Shown here piece by piece: positions 38,844-50,572 of a stretch of 64,000 nt of DNA. The stretch comes from an uncultured candidatus Porisulfidus sp. GTDB taxonomy: Bacteria > Pseudomonadota > Gammaproteobacteria > Poriferisulfidales > Poriferisulfidaceae. The stretch's first letter is position 1, and each line of letters begins with the position of its first letter. The position numbers and the translations under genes are program-made. The notes under the pieces were generated by a model. That model saw nothing but the letters and a program-made list of their open reading frames with translations. It did no database searches and was not told where the DNA came from. The stretch spans positions 128,001 through 192,000 of the forward strand of contig CBDASZ010000002.1 of assembly GCA_965199755.1 (NCBI GenBank), read 5' to 3'.

Positions 38844-39341
38844 ATGACTGATCCAAATCCGGCCCCGCCCGTCGCCATCGTGATGGGCAGTAGTAGCGAC
38901 TGGAGCACCATGAAGGTCGCGGCTGAATACCTCGACACTCTGGAAGTCTCTTTTGAGGCGCGCGTGGTGTCTGCTCACCGCACGCCAGATCTGATGCGTG
39001 ACTACGCCCGCAGCGCCCGCGAACGCGGCATTCGCTGCCTGATCGCCGGAGCCGGAGGGGCGGCGCATCTGCCAGGCATGCTGGCCGCCATGACCCCTGT
39101 CCCGGTACTGGGCGTCCCTATCAACGCCACCGCACTGGACGGTCAGGATTCTCTGCTGTCGATCGTGCAGATGCCCAAGGGCATTCCGGTCGCCACTTTC
39201 GCGATTGGCAAGCCCGGAGCCGCCAACGCAGCGTTGTTCGCCGCCGCCATGCTGGCTGGCAGCGACCCGGAACTGGCGACGCGCATTGATGCCTTCCGAG
39301 AGTCCCAGACACGCGCCGTTCTTGAACAGACCCTTGACTGA
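38844..39341 (+). CDS. purE: N5-CAIR mutase
   Basis: [35 protein letters not shown]. Confidence 0.97.
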   Translation: MTDPNPAPPVAIVMGSSSDWSTMKVAAEYLDTLEVSFEARVVSAHRTPDLMRDYARSARERGIRCLIAGAGGAAHLPGMLAAMTPVPVLGVPINATALDGQDSLLSIVQMPKGIPVATFAIGKPGAANAALFAAAMLAGSDPELATRIDAFRESQTRAVLEQTLD

Positions 39342-40485
39342 AACTGCGCCCGCCGGCGCGTCACTCGGCATTCTCGGCGGCGGCCAACTCGGCCAGATGT
39401 TCGCCCAAGCCGCCCAAGACATGGGCTACCACGTCACGGTGCTGGAACCCGGTGCCGAATGCCCCGCCTCCCGACACGCCGCATTGCACCTGATCGCCAA
39501 TTACGACAACACCCAGGCACTGGACACCATGGCCGCCGACTGCGTGGCCGCCAGTTTCGAGTTTGAGTCGGTCCCAGCAAAAGCGGTCGAATACCTGCAG
39601 TCTCGCATCCCAGTCCGCCCGGATGCCACCGCACTGGAGATTGCGCAAAGCCGAAGTCAAGAGAAAGCCTTTGCCCAACAACACGCCACACACACCCTGC
39701 CTGTCCCTTACGCGCCCATCACGGACGATGCCCAAATCCCTGAAGCACTGGAACGTCTCGGCACCCCGTGCATTCTCAAGACAGACCGTCTGGGCTATGA
39801 CGGCAAGGGCCAGCAGCAGGTCAGCGACGCACAACAAGCGAGTGACGTCTTTCACAAGTTTGGCCACGTCCCTTGCGTCCTTGAGAAAGCCATTGACTTG
39901 CAGTGCGAAGTTTCCGTAATCGTCGCACGCCAGGCAGAACAGTTCGCCGTCTATCCGGTTGCCGACAACGAACACCGCAGCGGCATTCTGCACCGCTCCA
40001 TGGCTCCCGCGAACATCTCCAACAGCATTCGCCAGCAGTTGCAAGACTCAGCCTGCGCCCTCGCGAACGCCCTGCAATATCAGGGTGTGATGGCGGTGGA
40101 GTACTTCATCGCGCAAGACGGTGCGCTTTATTTCAACGAACTGGCACCGCGTCCACACAACAGCGGCCACTACACCATCGACGCTTGCGCCACCTCACAA
40201 TTTGAACAACAAGTCCGCGTCTTGTGCGGCATGGAACTCGGCAGCACCGAACAGCACAGTCCGATCGTCATGATCAACTTGCTCGGCGATCTCTGGCGTG
40301 ATGGTGCAGAGCCGGACTGGACGGGAATTCACGACGAACCAACCGCACGATTGCATCTGTACGGCAAACGAGACGCGAGACCTGGTCGAAAGATGGGACA
40401 CTTCTGCGTGCTAGACCCGGATCTCAGCACGGCGCTGGAATGCGCCGAGCGGCTCTATCAAAACCTCAGCCAGCCCACTTCCTGA
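39334..40485 (+). CDS. purK: N5-CAIR synthase
   Basis: [42 protein letters not shown]. Confidence 0.96.
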   Translation: MTETAPAGASLGILGGGQLGQMFAQAAQDMGYHVTVLEPGAECPASRHAALHLIANYDNTQALDTMAADCVAASFEFESVPAKAVEYLQSRIPVRPDATALEIAQSRSQEKAFAQQHATHTLPVPYAPITDDAQIPEALERLGTPCILKTDRLGYDGKGQQQVSDAQQASDVFHKFGHVPCVLEKAIDLQCEVSVIVARQAEQFAVYPVADNEHRSGILHRSMAPANISNSIRQQLQDSACALANALQYQGVMAVEYFIAQDGALYFNELAPRPHNSGHYTIDACATSQFEQQVRVLCGMELGSTEQHSPIVMINLLGDLWRDGAEPDWTGIHDEPTARLHLYGKRDARPGRKMGHFCVLDPDLSTALECAERLYQNLSQPTS

Positions 40486-41486
40486 TGAGCGCCCCCCAGT
40501 ACCGCGCTCTGCGCATCCACCACGATGAGCACAGTCACCATTGCGAACTGACACAGGTCTCGCTTGATGATCTGAGTGAAGGTGGTGTTGTTCTCGCGAC
40601 CGAATACTCCGCGATCAATTACAAGGATGCTCTGGCCGGCACCGGCTCCGCGCCCATTCTGCGCAAATCTCCGCTGGTTGGCGGCATTGACGCCGCCGGG
40701 TGCATTCTGGAGAGCGACGATCCCAACCTTGAACCCGGACAGATCGCTCTGGTCACCGGTTGTGGCTTGTCCGAAACCCGTGACGGTGGATACTGCGAAC
40801 GCCTGCGTGTGCCACCGGAGTTCGTCGTTCCCATCCCTGATGGATTCACCCACCAAGATGCGATGATTCTAGGGACGGCCGGCTTGACCGCCATGCTGAG
40901 CATTCAGCGATTTGAAGACAACGGCATCACTCCCGATCGTGGGCCGGTGCTTGTGACCGGCGCGAGTGGTGGCGTCGGCAGTCTCAGTGTACTGCTGCTC
41001 AACCAATTGGGCTACACCTGTATTGCGATGACCTCCAAGGACTCCGAACACGAACACTTACGCAGTGTCGGAGCCGACGAAATCTGGACACCCGAACAAC
41101 TGCAACACGACAGCAAGGGACTGGGCAAAAGTCAGATCGCCGCAGCCATCGACAACCTCGGTGGCAACACGCTGCCCGCCCTCGCACGTATCACGCAACC
41201 TTGGGGTTGTGTGGTCAGTATCGGCGTCGCCACAGGCATGGAATACACCGGCTCTGTCGCCCCCTTCGTGATACGCGGCATCAGCATTCTGGGCGTCACT
41301 TCGGCCAACTGTCCGCCTGCGCGGAGGCAGGAAGCATGGAGGCATATCTTCCAGACGATCACGCCAGAATCTCTTAACAGAATATCAATACAAGTTATTG
41401 ACCTGAATGAAGTTTCTGAACACTTCCAGGAATTCCTCGACGGTCAGGCACGCGGTCGCACTGTGGTGCGTGTCTCCACAGACTAA
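40485..41486 (+). CDS. YhdH/AcuI family acryloyl-CoA reductase (MDR)
   Basis: YSAINYKDALA, GIDAAG, GTAGLTA, VTGASGGVGS, PFVIRG, GRTVV. Confidence 0.88.
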   Translation: MSAPQYRALRIHHDEHSHHCELTQVSLDDLSEGGVVLATEYSAINYKDALAGTGSAPILRKSPLVGGIDAAGCILESDDPNLEPGQIALVTGCGLSETRDGGYCERLRVPPEFVVPIPDGFTHQDAMILGTAGLTAMLSIQRFEDNGITPDRGPVLVTGASGGVGSLSVLLLNQLGYTCIAMTSKDSEHEHLRSVGADEIWTPEQLQHDSKGLGKSQIAAAIDNLGGNTLPALARITQPWGCVVSIGVATGMEYTGSVAPFVIRGISILGVTSANCPPARRQEAWRHIFQTITPESLNRISIQVIDLNEVSEHFQEFLDGQARGRTVVRVSTD

Positions 41487-41495
41487 GCCCTAATG

Positions 41496-43514
41496 TCAGC
41501 TCGCCATATCCAGCGACTCCTTGAAGGTGCGATCGTGAATCGCACGCGCCTGATCTCGCAACTTCGCGGCTTCCTCAAACTCCAGATCACGCGCATGGCG
41601 ATACATGCGTTTCTCCAGATCCTTGATTCTGGCGAGCGCCTCATCCGGGCTCAATATCGGCACCGGCTCCGCCACTTTGTCGCGTCCTTTCTGACGCCGT
41701 TTGCCCACCCGCACCGGCGCGGCCTCCAGAATATCGGCGACTTTCTTTTGGATGCCGCGCGGCGTGATGCCATGCTCTTTATTGAACTCTTGCTGCCGCC
41801 GTCGTCGCCGCTGCGTCTCATCAATCGCGCGACGCATGGAATCCGTCACCACATCAGCGTACAGAATCGCCCGCCCGTGCAGATGCCGTGCAGCGCGACC
41901 AATGGTCTGGATCAAGGAACGCTCCGAGCGCAGGAATCCTTCCTTGTCTGCATCGAGGACCGCCACCAGCGCCACCTCGGGAATGTCCAGTCCCTCGCGC
42001 AGCAGATTGATGCCGACCAATACATCGAACTCACCGCGACGCAGATCCTGAATGATCTCCACGCGCTCCACTGTGTCAATGTCGGAATGAAGATAGCGCA
42101 CACGCACGCCGTGCTCGCGCAAGTATTCGGTCAGATCTTCCGCCATACGCTTGGTCAGCGTGGTCACCAGCACCCGACTGCCCATCTCCACTATCTTGCC
42201 AATCTCTGACAGCAGATCATCCACCTGGGTGCGCACATCGCGCACTTCCACGGCCGGGTCAACCAGACCGGTCGGGCGCACAATCTGCTCCACTACCTGC
42301 CCCGCATGCTCGCCTTCATAAGGGCCGGGCGTGGCCGACACGAAGACCATCTGCGGCGACATGACTTCGAATTCCTCGAATTTCAGCGGTCGGTTGTCCA
42401 GCGCCGACGGCAACCGAAACCCGTAATCCACCAAATTCTTCTTGCGCGAGTAATCGCCGCGATACATGCCGCCGAATTGCGGAATGGTGACATGGCTTTC
42501 ATCCACAAACATCAGCGCATCCTCCGGCAGATAATCCAGCAGACACGGCGGCGGCTCGCCCGCGGCGCGCCCGGACAGATAGCGTGAGTAGTTCTCAATG
42601 CCCGCGCAGTACCCCAAAGTCTCAATCATCTCCAGGTCGTAGCGCGTGCGCTGCTCCAGACGCTGCGCCTCAACCAGCGCATCTTGCGCACGCAACAGCG
42701 CCAGATGCTCTTCCAGCTCCTCGCGAATCGAGACAACAGCTCGCTTCAGCACCTCCTCCGGTGTAACGTAATGCGTCTTGGGGTAAATAGTGAGACGCGG
42801 CACATCGCGCAGGATGTCACCGGTGAGCGGATCGAAGACACGCAACCGCTCGACTTCGTCATCAAGCAGTTCAATCCGTACCGCTTCGCGGTCGGAATCC
42901 GCCGGATGCACATCAATGACTTCGCCACGCGCGCGGAAGGCACCGCGGCGCAATTCTGTTTCATTGCGACTGTACTGCATTTCCGCCAACCGCCGCAGAA
43001 TCTTGCGCTGCCCGCTTCGATCGCCCCGATTCAGATGCAGCACCATCTGGTGATAGGACTTCGGATCGCCCAACCCGTAAATCGAGGACACGGTCGCGAT
43101 GATGATGGTGTCCGGGCGCTCGAACAGCGCCTTGGTTGCGGACAAACGCATCTGTTCGATGTGGTCGTTGACTGAGGCGTCTTTCTCAATGTAAGTGTCG
43201 GACGCCGGCACGTAGGCTTCCGGCTGATAATAGTCGTAATAGGAGACGAAGTACTCCACCGCGTTGCGCGGAAAGAACGTCTTCATTTCTCCGTACAACT
43301 GCGCGGCCAGTGTCTTGTTGTGCGCCAGCACAATGGTCGGGCGCTGCACCTGCTCGATGACTTGCGCCATGGTGTAGGTTTTGCCGGAGCCGGTCACCCC
43401 CAGCAAAGTCTGATGACTCAGACCGCTGCGCAGCCCACCCACCAGCGAATCAATCGCCTGCGGTTGGTCGCCCGCCGGCGCAAATTCAGAGTGAATGGCA
43501 AAGGGGTCGCTCAT
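41496..43514 (-). CDS. uvrB: Excinuclease ABC subunit B
   Basis: [42 protein letters not shown]. Confidence 0.98.
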   Translation of the reverse strand: MSDPFAIHSEFAPAGDQPQAIDSLVGGLRSGLSHQTLLGVTGSGKTYTMAQVIEQVQRPTIVLAHNKTLAAQLYGEMKTFFPRNAVEYFVSYYDYYQPEAYVPASDTYIEKDASVNDHIEQMRLSATKALFERPDTIIIATVSSIYGLGDPKSYHQMVLHLNRGDRSGQRKILRRLAEMQYSRNETELRRGAFRARGEVIDVHPADSDREAVRIELLDDEVERLRVFDPLTGDILRDVPRLTIYPKTHYVTPEEVLKRAVVSIREELEEHLALLRAQDALVEAQRLEQRTRYDLEMIETLGYCAGIENYSRYLSGRAAGEPPPCLLDYLPEDALMFVDESHVTIPQFGGMYRGDYSRKKNLVDYGFRLPSALDNRPLKFEEFEVMSPQMVFVSATPGPYEGEHAGQVVEQIVRPTGLVDPAVEVRDVRTQVDDLLSEIGKIVEMGSRVLVTTLTKRMAEDLTEYLREHGVRVRYLHSDIDTVERVEIIQDLRRGEFDVLVGINLLREGLDIPEVALVAVLDADKEGFLRSERSLIQTIGRAARHLHGRAILYADVVTDSMRRAIDETQRRRRRQQEFNKEHGITPRGIQKKVADILEAAPVRVGKRRQKGRDKVAEPVPILSPDEALARIKDLEKRMYRHARDLEFEEAAKLRDQARAIHDRTFKESLDMAS

Positions 43515-43589
43515 CTCACAAATATGATGCGGTCAAGCCATTCAGTATAAACGGCAGTGGAGTACACTATGCGCGCTCGGAGACTCGAC

Positions 43590-44763
<1,174 letters not shown>

Positions 44764-44771
<8 letters not shown>

Positions 44772-45636
44772 GCACTCCTCCACTCCCGACTGGTGGAAGC
44801 TGGAGGACACGCCAGCCTGGAGAACGTGGCGAGAACAGTACTTAAGCCGCAGTGCGATTCAATACACTCCGGTCCCTCTTGACAATCCCGCACAACTGAG
44901 CTCCTCCGAAATCGAGGCGCTGCAGACACGCATTCAGACCAGCGGCGTCGCGCTGTATCAAACGGAAACTGATCCCGGAGAAAACACTCTGCTCGCGCTT
45001 GGTGCGCAACTCGGCCTGCGCGAGATTGATCATCACCAATGCGCCGAAGCCTCCGGCGTGGCGCGCCTGAGTGTCCGGGGGGACGTAGCGAGCCGATTCA
45101 TCCCTTACACCAGCAAACGCCTGCGCTGGCATACCGATGGCTACTATCAGGGCGACACCACACCGATCCGCGCCTTCCTGCTGCACTGTGTGCGCCCGGC
45201 TGAAGAAGGCGGCAGCAATCACCTGCTCGATCCACGCGCCCTGTATATCGCTTTGCGTGATGAGAACCCTGAATATATTGCCGCGCTCAGCCGTCCCGAC
45301 GTCTTCGAGGTGCCCCCCTTTGTCGAAAACGGTGTTGAGAAACGCCCGGCCACGCAAGGCGCAGTATTCGCGCTTGACGATGGCCATCTGTACATGCGCT
45401 ATACCGAGCGCAGCGTCAATATCCACTGGCGCAATGATGCGCACGCCGCGCTGGCGCGCATCCATGAACTGCTCAATGAATTGCCACAGGCGCGGCGAGA
45501 ACACAAACTGGAGTCTGGCTGCGGACTCATCGCCCATAATGTATTGCATTGCCGCAGCGCCTATACCAATGTTCCCGACAACCCTCGCCTGCTCTACCGA
45601 ATCCGCTACCGCGACCGGATCGTCCTGCCATGCTGA
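44764..45636 (+). CDS. TauD/TfdA family Fe(II)/2-oxoglutarate dioxygenase
   Basis: WHTDGYY (HxD), LHCVRPA..GG, HNVLHCRSAY, RLLYRIRY. Confidence 0.85.
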
Positions 45637-45821
45637 CACTCAGTGAGCTGCTCATCCAGTACCACGACCTAGTGTCGTTTGAGGAACTCAAGGAACGCAT
45701 CGCTGAACGCATTGATGTCGGTGAGCGCTTCCTCAGTCTGGACGTGCGCCCGCCTTTCGCGGATACGCCATCGGATTGGGAGGAGCAACTGGAAAGTTTC
45801 TTCACCGCGCGTCGCCCCTGA
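45630..45821 (+). CDS. Small conserved protein (63 aa; homologues recalled as labelled 'sulfur relay protein DsrC')
   Basis: MLTLSELLIQYHDLVSFEEL..DVRPPFADTPSDWEEQLESFF. Packed between the dioxygenase and Cas6 genes. Contains no Cys. Confidence 0.7.
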   Translation: MLTLSELLIQYHDLVSFEELKERIAERIDVGERFLSLDVRPPFADTPSDWEEQLESFFTARRP

Positions 45822-45823
45822 AC

Positions 45824-46510
45824 ATGCTTTGGGAAGACCCGGCCTCGCCTAATCCCCCGAAGATCACCGCCGACTCGGTAGATGTCCGCTATCGCATCCG
45901 CTGCCCGGCCTTGCCGGTCGATCACGCACACGCCCTGCATGGCGCCCTGCTTGCCGTGTGGCCGTGGCTGGAGGAGGACGAACGCGTCGGTATTCATACC
46001 ATTCATGGTGCGGAATCCGGCAATGGCTGGATTCGCCCGGACAACCCGGACAGTTATCTGCCTCTGTCGCGGCGTACCCGTCTGGTGCTGCGCCTCCCGC
46101 GCGAGCGGCTGCAAGCCGCGCAGGAACTCCGCGGCACCACCTTGCATCTGGGCGCGGACACGCTGGAGGTGGGTGACGCGAACTTGCATCCATTGCAGGT
46201 GCATGAGACGGTGTTCGCGCGTTACATAGCGCTGGAATCCGAGCAGGAAGATGATTTCCTGCAGCAATGCGCCGCACTGTTGAACGAACAGGGCATTGAC
46301 GCGCCACGCATGCTGGCGGGACGCGCGCATACGGTGGCCTGCGGCGAGACGCCGTTGCACTGCCGCAGCCTGATGCTCGACGGTCTGAAACCGCAAACCT
46401 CGATACAGTTGCAGGAACAGGGACTGGGCCCGCATCGACTGCTGGGCTGCGGGCTGTTTTTGCCGCACAAAAGTATTGCGCCAGTCGGCTCGGCAGCCGA
46501 TCTGGAATAA
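45824..46510 (+). CDS. cas6: Orphan Cas6-family endoribonuclease (I-MYXAN/Cmx6-like)
   Basis: LPVDHAHAL, GIHTIHG, LSRRTRLVLRLP, C-terminal G-loop LQEQGLGPHRLLGCGLFLPHK. Confidence 0.82.
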   Translation: MLWEDPASPNPPKITADSVDVRYRIRCPALPVDHAHALHGALLAVWPWLEEDERVGIHTIHGAESGNGWIRPDNPDSYLPLSRRTRLVLRLPRERLQAAQELRGTTLHLGADTLEVGDANLHPLQVHETVFARYIALESEQEDDFLQQCAALLNEQGIDAPRMLAGRAHTVACGETPLHCRSLMLDGLKPQTSIQLQEQGLGPHRLLGCGLFLPHKSIAPVGSAADLE

Positions 46511-46551
46511 GTCCACAACGCCATCATCTGCTAGAATAGCCGCCACATAAC

Positions 46552-46597
46552 CTCCTTGCTCCACCGCTATAACGGGGAGCTGGCAAACCACAGGGAG
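46552..46597 (+). promoter_or_regulatory. Structured rpsF leader (probable S6:S18 autoregulatory element)
   Basis: CTCCTTG pairs with CAGGGAG (the SD), with inner hairpins GCTCC/GGAGC and TGG/CCA. Extended -10 TGcTAGAAT at 46529-46537. Confidence 0.5.
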
Positions 46598-46604
46598 CTC
46601 TCTG

Positions 46605-47117
46605 ATGCGACACTACGAAATCGTGTTCATGGTCTATCCGGACCAGAGCGATCAAGTCCCCCAAATGATCGAGCGCTACGGCGACATCGTGAAGCGCGAC
46701 GGCGGCCAAGTCCACCGCGTGGAAGATTGGGGTCGCCGCCAACTGGCCTATTCCATTGACAAGCTGCACAAGGCGCACTACGTGCTGGTGAATGTCGAGT
46801 GCACCAGCGAGGCGCTGGATGAAATCCAGCATTCGTTCCGCTTCAATGATGCCGTGCTGCGCAATCTGATCATCCGCCGCGACGGACCTATCACCGATTC
46901 CTCGCCGCTGATTAAATCCGCCGAAGAAAACGAGGAAGAGGACAAGGGACACTGGAATCAGACCCCCGACGCCGACGCCCCGGCAGCTGCCGAGACCGCA
47001 GAGACCTCAGGCGATGAGAGCGCTGAGGCGGCAGAGACCGTGGAAGAAGCGGCTGAGGCCGCGTCCGAGTCAGAGACCGAACCCCCCGAATCCGAATCAC
47101 CCAAGGCCGAATCATGA
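46605..47117 (+). CDS. rpsF: 30S ribosomal protein S6 with long acidic tail
   Basis: [29 protein letters not shown]. Confidence 0.97.
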   Translation: MRHYEIVFMVYPDQSDQVPQMIERYGDIVKRDGGQVHRVEDWGRRQLAYSIDKLHKAHYVLVNVECTSEALDEIQHSFRFNDAVLRNLIIRRDGPITDSSPLIKSAEENEEEDKGHWNQTPDADAPAAAETAETSGDESAEAAETVEEAAEAASESETEPPESESPKAES

Positions 47118-47353
47118 GTACCGCAAGTCCCACGACCAACCCCAAGCGCAACCGTACGCGGCGTTTCCAGCAGCCGGAGCCGCCGGAGATCGACTACAAG
47201 GATCTGGAGTTGCTAGAAGATTACCTCACCGAGACCGGTCGCATCATGCCAGCCCGTGTCAGCGGCACCCCCGCGCGCTTTCAGCGCCAGTTGTCCACGG
47301 CGATCAAACGCGCCCGCTTCCTCAGCCTGCTGCCGTACTGCGACAACCACTAA
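47114..47353 (+). CDS. rpsR: 30S ribosomal protein S18
   Basis: [32 protein letters not shown]. Confidence 0.96.
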   Translation: MSTASPTTNPKRNRTRRFQQPEPPEIDYKDLELLEDYLTETGRIMPARVSGTPARFQRQLSTAIKRARFLSLLPYCDNH

Positions 47354-48264
47354 TGGCCGCCGCACTGGGCCGCTTCCTGCTCGGACCTCCCGCCCCGATC
47401 ATCGGAGTGCTGGTCACCGCACAGTTGCTGGCCGTTTATGTGCCCGGACTGCTGCTCGGGTTTCTGGTGGTCGCTGTGGCTTCCGCGTTTGTGTTTCTGA
47501 GCCGCCCCTATCAGGAGGCCGGCAGCATCCTCGCGATCAGCTGGGCACTGTACGCGCTTGCGATGGTCGTCCTGATGGATGATGTCTCCGCAGCCTTCCT
47601 GCCACTCGCATATCTGTTGACACCCGCCGTGCTGGCTTTAATCCTGCGCCAAAGCGGCTCGCTGGCGCTGGCGATTCTGAGCGGCTACGGCTTTGGCTGG
47701 GCAGCCGCCGTACTGTTGGGTTCCAGTATTCCCGGCCTTGAACAAGGCCTGGCCGAAGCAGCAGAACGATGGGGAGAGATGGCCGGGGAAGCCCGCCAGC
47801 CGGAACCCGTGATCGCCATGTTCGAGACCATGATCGTCCGCGCCGGCATGGAATTGGTGATGGCCTCGACCATGACCCTGCTGGTCCTGCTGCTATTCAC
47901 CGCGCGCAGTCTGCAAGGCGTCACCAGCGGCAAACCGACGTTCCGCGCCGAGTTTCGCGCCCTGCGTTACGGCTATGCGGCCGGTCTGGCATTCTTCGCC
48001 GTACTGCTGTCGCTGTGGTGGCAACCGCATTCAGCATGGCTGATGGGGCTGATGCTGACCTTGCTGATGGTGTTTGTGTTTTCCGGCATTGCGCTGGCGC
48101 ATCGTGTGGCTGACCGAATCCGCCACCCGCTGGTCTTGCTGGTGCCGTTTTATGTGCTGCTGATCGGCCTGCACCAGGTATTTTTGCTGGTCGCCACGAT
48201 TGGCGCGGTAGACAATGTGACAACGTTGAGTCGCCGGCTGATGCCTGACTCCGGTGCCCACTGA
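47353..48264 (+). CDS. DUF2232/YybS-like membrane protein
   Basis: Multi-TM protein, FRAEFRALR, conserved position between rpsR and rplI. Confidence 0.75.
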   Translation: MAAALGRFLLGPPAPIIGVLVTAQLLAVYVPGLLLGFLVVAVASAFVFLSRPYQEAGSILAISWALYALAMVVLMDDVSAAFLPLAYLLTPAVLALILRQSGSLALAILSGYGFGWAAAVLLGSSIPGLEQGLAEAAERWGEMAGEARQPEPVIAMFETMIVRAGMELVMASTMTLLVLLLFTARSLQGVTSGKPTFRAEFRALRYGYAAGLAFFAVLLSLWWQPHSAWLMGLMLTLLMVFVFSGIALAHRVADRIRHPLVLLVPFYVLLIGLHQVFLLVATIGAVDNVTTLSRRLMPDSGAH

Positions 48265-48282
48265 ACTTTTTGGAGAGAAGCC

Positions 48283-48810
48283 ATGGAAATTATTTTGCTT
48301 GAGAAAATCCCACGACTGGGTGAATTTGGAGACGTGGTCAAAGTCCGTCCCGGCTATGCCCGCAACTACCTGATCCCGTCTGGCAAGGCCAAGTTCGCGA
48401 CTGAAGAAAATCGCGCCGAGATCGAACAGCACCGAGAGGAATTGCGCCAGCAAGAACTTTCATTGCTGAGCACCGCCGAGGAACGCGCCAAAAGCATTGA
48501 CGGACTGGTGGTCAGCGTCTCGGTCGAGACGCATGAAGATGGCCGCATCTTCGGATCGGTCGGGGCCAATGACATCGCCCGCGCCATTGCCGAAGCGGGC
48601 GCGGATGTGCAGCGTCACGAATTGCGCCTGCCAGATGGCCCGCTGCGCGATCTGGGCGAGCACGAGGTGGACGTTCACCTGCACGCCGATGTAGACACCA
48701 CGGTGAAAGTTCTCGTCTCAGCGAGCGATGTGATCGCGACCGAACTCATTGAGGAAGAAGAGCCGGAAGCGGAAGAGTCGGACGAAGACGCGGAGACCAC
48801 CGCGCAATAA
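48283..48810 (+). CDS. rplI: 50S ribosomal protein L9
   Basis: GDVVKVRPGYARNYLIP, GRIFGSV, acidic tail. Confidence 0.97.
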   Translation: MEIILLEKIPRLGEFGDVVKVRPGYARNYLIPSGKAKFATEENRAEIEQHREELRQQELSLLSTAEERAKSIDGLVVSVSVETHEDGRIFGSVGANDIARAIAEAGADVQRHELRLPDGPLRDLGEHEVDVHLHADVDTTVKVLVSASDVIATELIEEEEPEAEESDEDAETTAQ

Positions 48811-48850
48811 CATGGCTGAGACGCACGCGCGTCTCACCCATCCAATCAGC

Positions 48851-48967
48851 TTATCCACACCCTTACAGCACTGCTGTTGGGGGCTTTCGCCCTGCCTGAA
48901 TGACTTGTCCGCAGTTATCCACTTCTTGTCCACAGTTTGCTCCAGACTTGTCCGCATCTTATGCACG
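48851..48967 (+). promoter_or_regulatory. Array of co-oriented DnaA boxes
   Basis: TTATCCACA 48851, TTGTCCGCA 48905, TTATCCACT 48915, TTGTCCACA 48926, TTGTCCGCA 48948, TTATGCACG 48959. Confidence 0.75.
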
Positions 48968-49057
48968 ATCTATTCCATTGACGGCATGCCGTCCACCCTA
49001 TAAAGTAAGGTCTAGTTCAACGCCGCCGCCCGCACCGCCTCACGCCCCCTCAAAATC

Positions 49058-50572
49058 ATGCCAGACACCCCAGACCTCAACGACGACTTCCTCAGCGACG
49101 AGATCGACACCGACTCAAGCCCCTCGCCTCTGCATCCCAACGAGGCGGAGTGCGCCGTGCTCGGCGCGCTGATTAACGACAAGGCCGCCATCGACCACAT
49201 CGGAATTCTGCACCCTGAAGACTTCAGCGAGGCCATGCACCGAGTGATTTTCGGGGTCATCCAAAAACTGGAGCAAAGCGGCAAACTGGTCGACCTGATC
49301 ACGCTCTCGGATGCCCTGCGCCGCCATTCGGACTTCCATGAATATCCCGAATTGCTGGACTACACCCGATGGGTCACGGACGAAAACTTCAGTTCCGAAG
49401 GCGTACAGCACTACGCCAATCTCATTCGCGACCACGCCACCCAGCGCCGACTGCGCAGCGCCTGTAACCAGATTCGCGCCATCACCAATGATCCGAAAGG
49501 CCGGGACGCCGCCGAACTCATCAATGTCGCGGAAGCCCTCATCCACGGCGTCTCGCAAACCGAACAGCAAGGCCGGGATGATTTCAGAAAAATCAGCCAT
49601 GCCGCCCAAACGGCCATGGCGGACATTCAGGAACGCTATGAGTGGGCTCAGGCGCACCCCGGCAAAACTCCGGCTTCCGGCGCACCAACTGGATTTGGCT
49701 ATTTTGATACCCAGACTTCCGGCATGCAGCCCGGAGAACTGGTGATCCTCGCGGGCAAGCCCGGCATGGGCAAGACCTCTCTAGCCATGACCATCGCCTC
49801 CAACATTGTGGCCGGCAACACTCCCGGTACCGAAGATGCCGTCGTCGGGATCTTCAGCATGGAGATGTCCGGTGAGCAGTTGGCCAACCGCCTGCTCGCC
49901 ATGATGGCCGGTGTCAATCAGAAGAAACTGCACAAGGGCAATCTGGAAGATGCCGACTGGACCAAGATTGAATCGGCCTACAGAATGCTCGATGGGCCTA
50001 ACCTTTATATTCAGGAAATGCCCCACGCCACACCGAGCTTCATTCGCCGCACTGCACGCCGGCTCAAGGCGCAACACCGAAGCGAAGCACACAAGGAAGG
50101 ACGGCTTGACCTGATCATCATTGACTACCTGCAGCTGATGCCGACCGACCAGCAGCGGCGAGACAGCAACCGAAACGCGGAGTTGTCGGTCATCACGCGC
50201 GAACTCAAGTCGATTGCCACCGAACTGAAAACTCCGGTGCTGTGTCTGTCGCAGCTCAACCGTCAGGGCTCAGGCCGGGATGCTGGCGAGGCTCCCAAAC
50301 TGCAGGAACTGCGCGACTCCGGCGCGATTGAGCAGGATGCCGATCTGGTGATCTTTCTATACGAGGCGGCGCAAGAAGACGGCGAATCTGAAAACGCCGA
50401 CATCTGCGATACCATTCTGGAAGTCGCCAAAAACAGAAATGGACCGACCTTCCGAATGGAGTTGATCTTCACCAAGAGCCTGACGCACTTCCTGCCCAAG
50501 GCACCTGAGGCGTACGACGTGGAAGTGGTCCGGTTCGGCAAGGTCCGCGGCTTTGAGGAAGAAAACAGGTGA
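49058..50572 (+). CDS. dnaB: Replicative DNA helicase
   Basis: EAECAVLG, GKPGMGKT, FSMEM, IDYLQLM, LSQLNR, LRDSGAIEQDAD, KNRNGP. Confidence 0.96.
   Translation: MPDTPDLNDDFLSDEIDTDSSPSPLHPNEAECAVLGALINDKAAIDHIGILHPEDFSEAMHRVIFGVIQKLEQSGKLVDLITLSDALRRHSDFHEYPELLDYTRWVTDENFSSEGVQHYANLIRDHATQRRLRSACNQIRAITNDPKGRDAAELINVAEALIHGVSQTEQQGRDDFRKISHAAQTAMADIQERYEWAQAHPGKTPASGAPTGFGYFDTQTSGMQPGELVILAGKPGMGKTSLAMTIASNIVAGNTPGTEDAVVGIFSMEMSGEQLANRLLAMMAGVNQKKLHKGNLEDADWTKIESAYRMLDGPNLYIQEMPHATPSFIRRTARRLKAQHRSEAHKEGRLDLIIIDYLQLMPTDQQRRDSNRNAELSVITRELKSIATELKTPVLCLSQLNRQGSGRDAGEAPKLQELRDSGAIEQDADLVIFLYEAAQEDGESENADICDTILEVAKNRNGPTFRMELIFTKSLTHFLPKAPEAYDVEVVRFGKVRGFEEENR

Noticed and set aside
45630-45821. 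A true DsrC/TusE sulfur carrier
   Set aside because: Too short and has no cysteine.
49058-50572. Intein in dnaB
   Set aside because: Extra length comes from short insertions and the termini; no splicing motifs.
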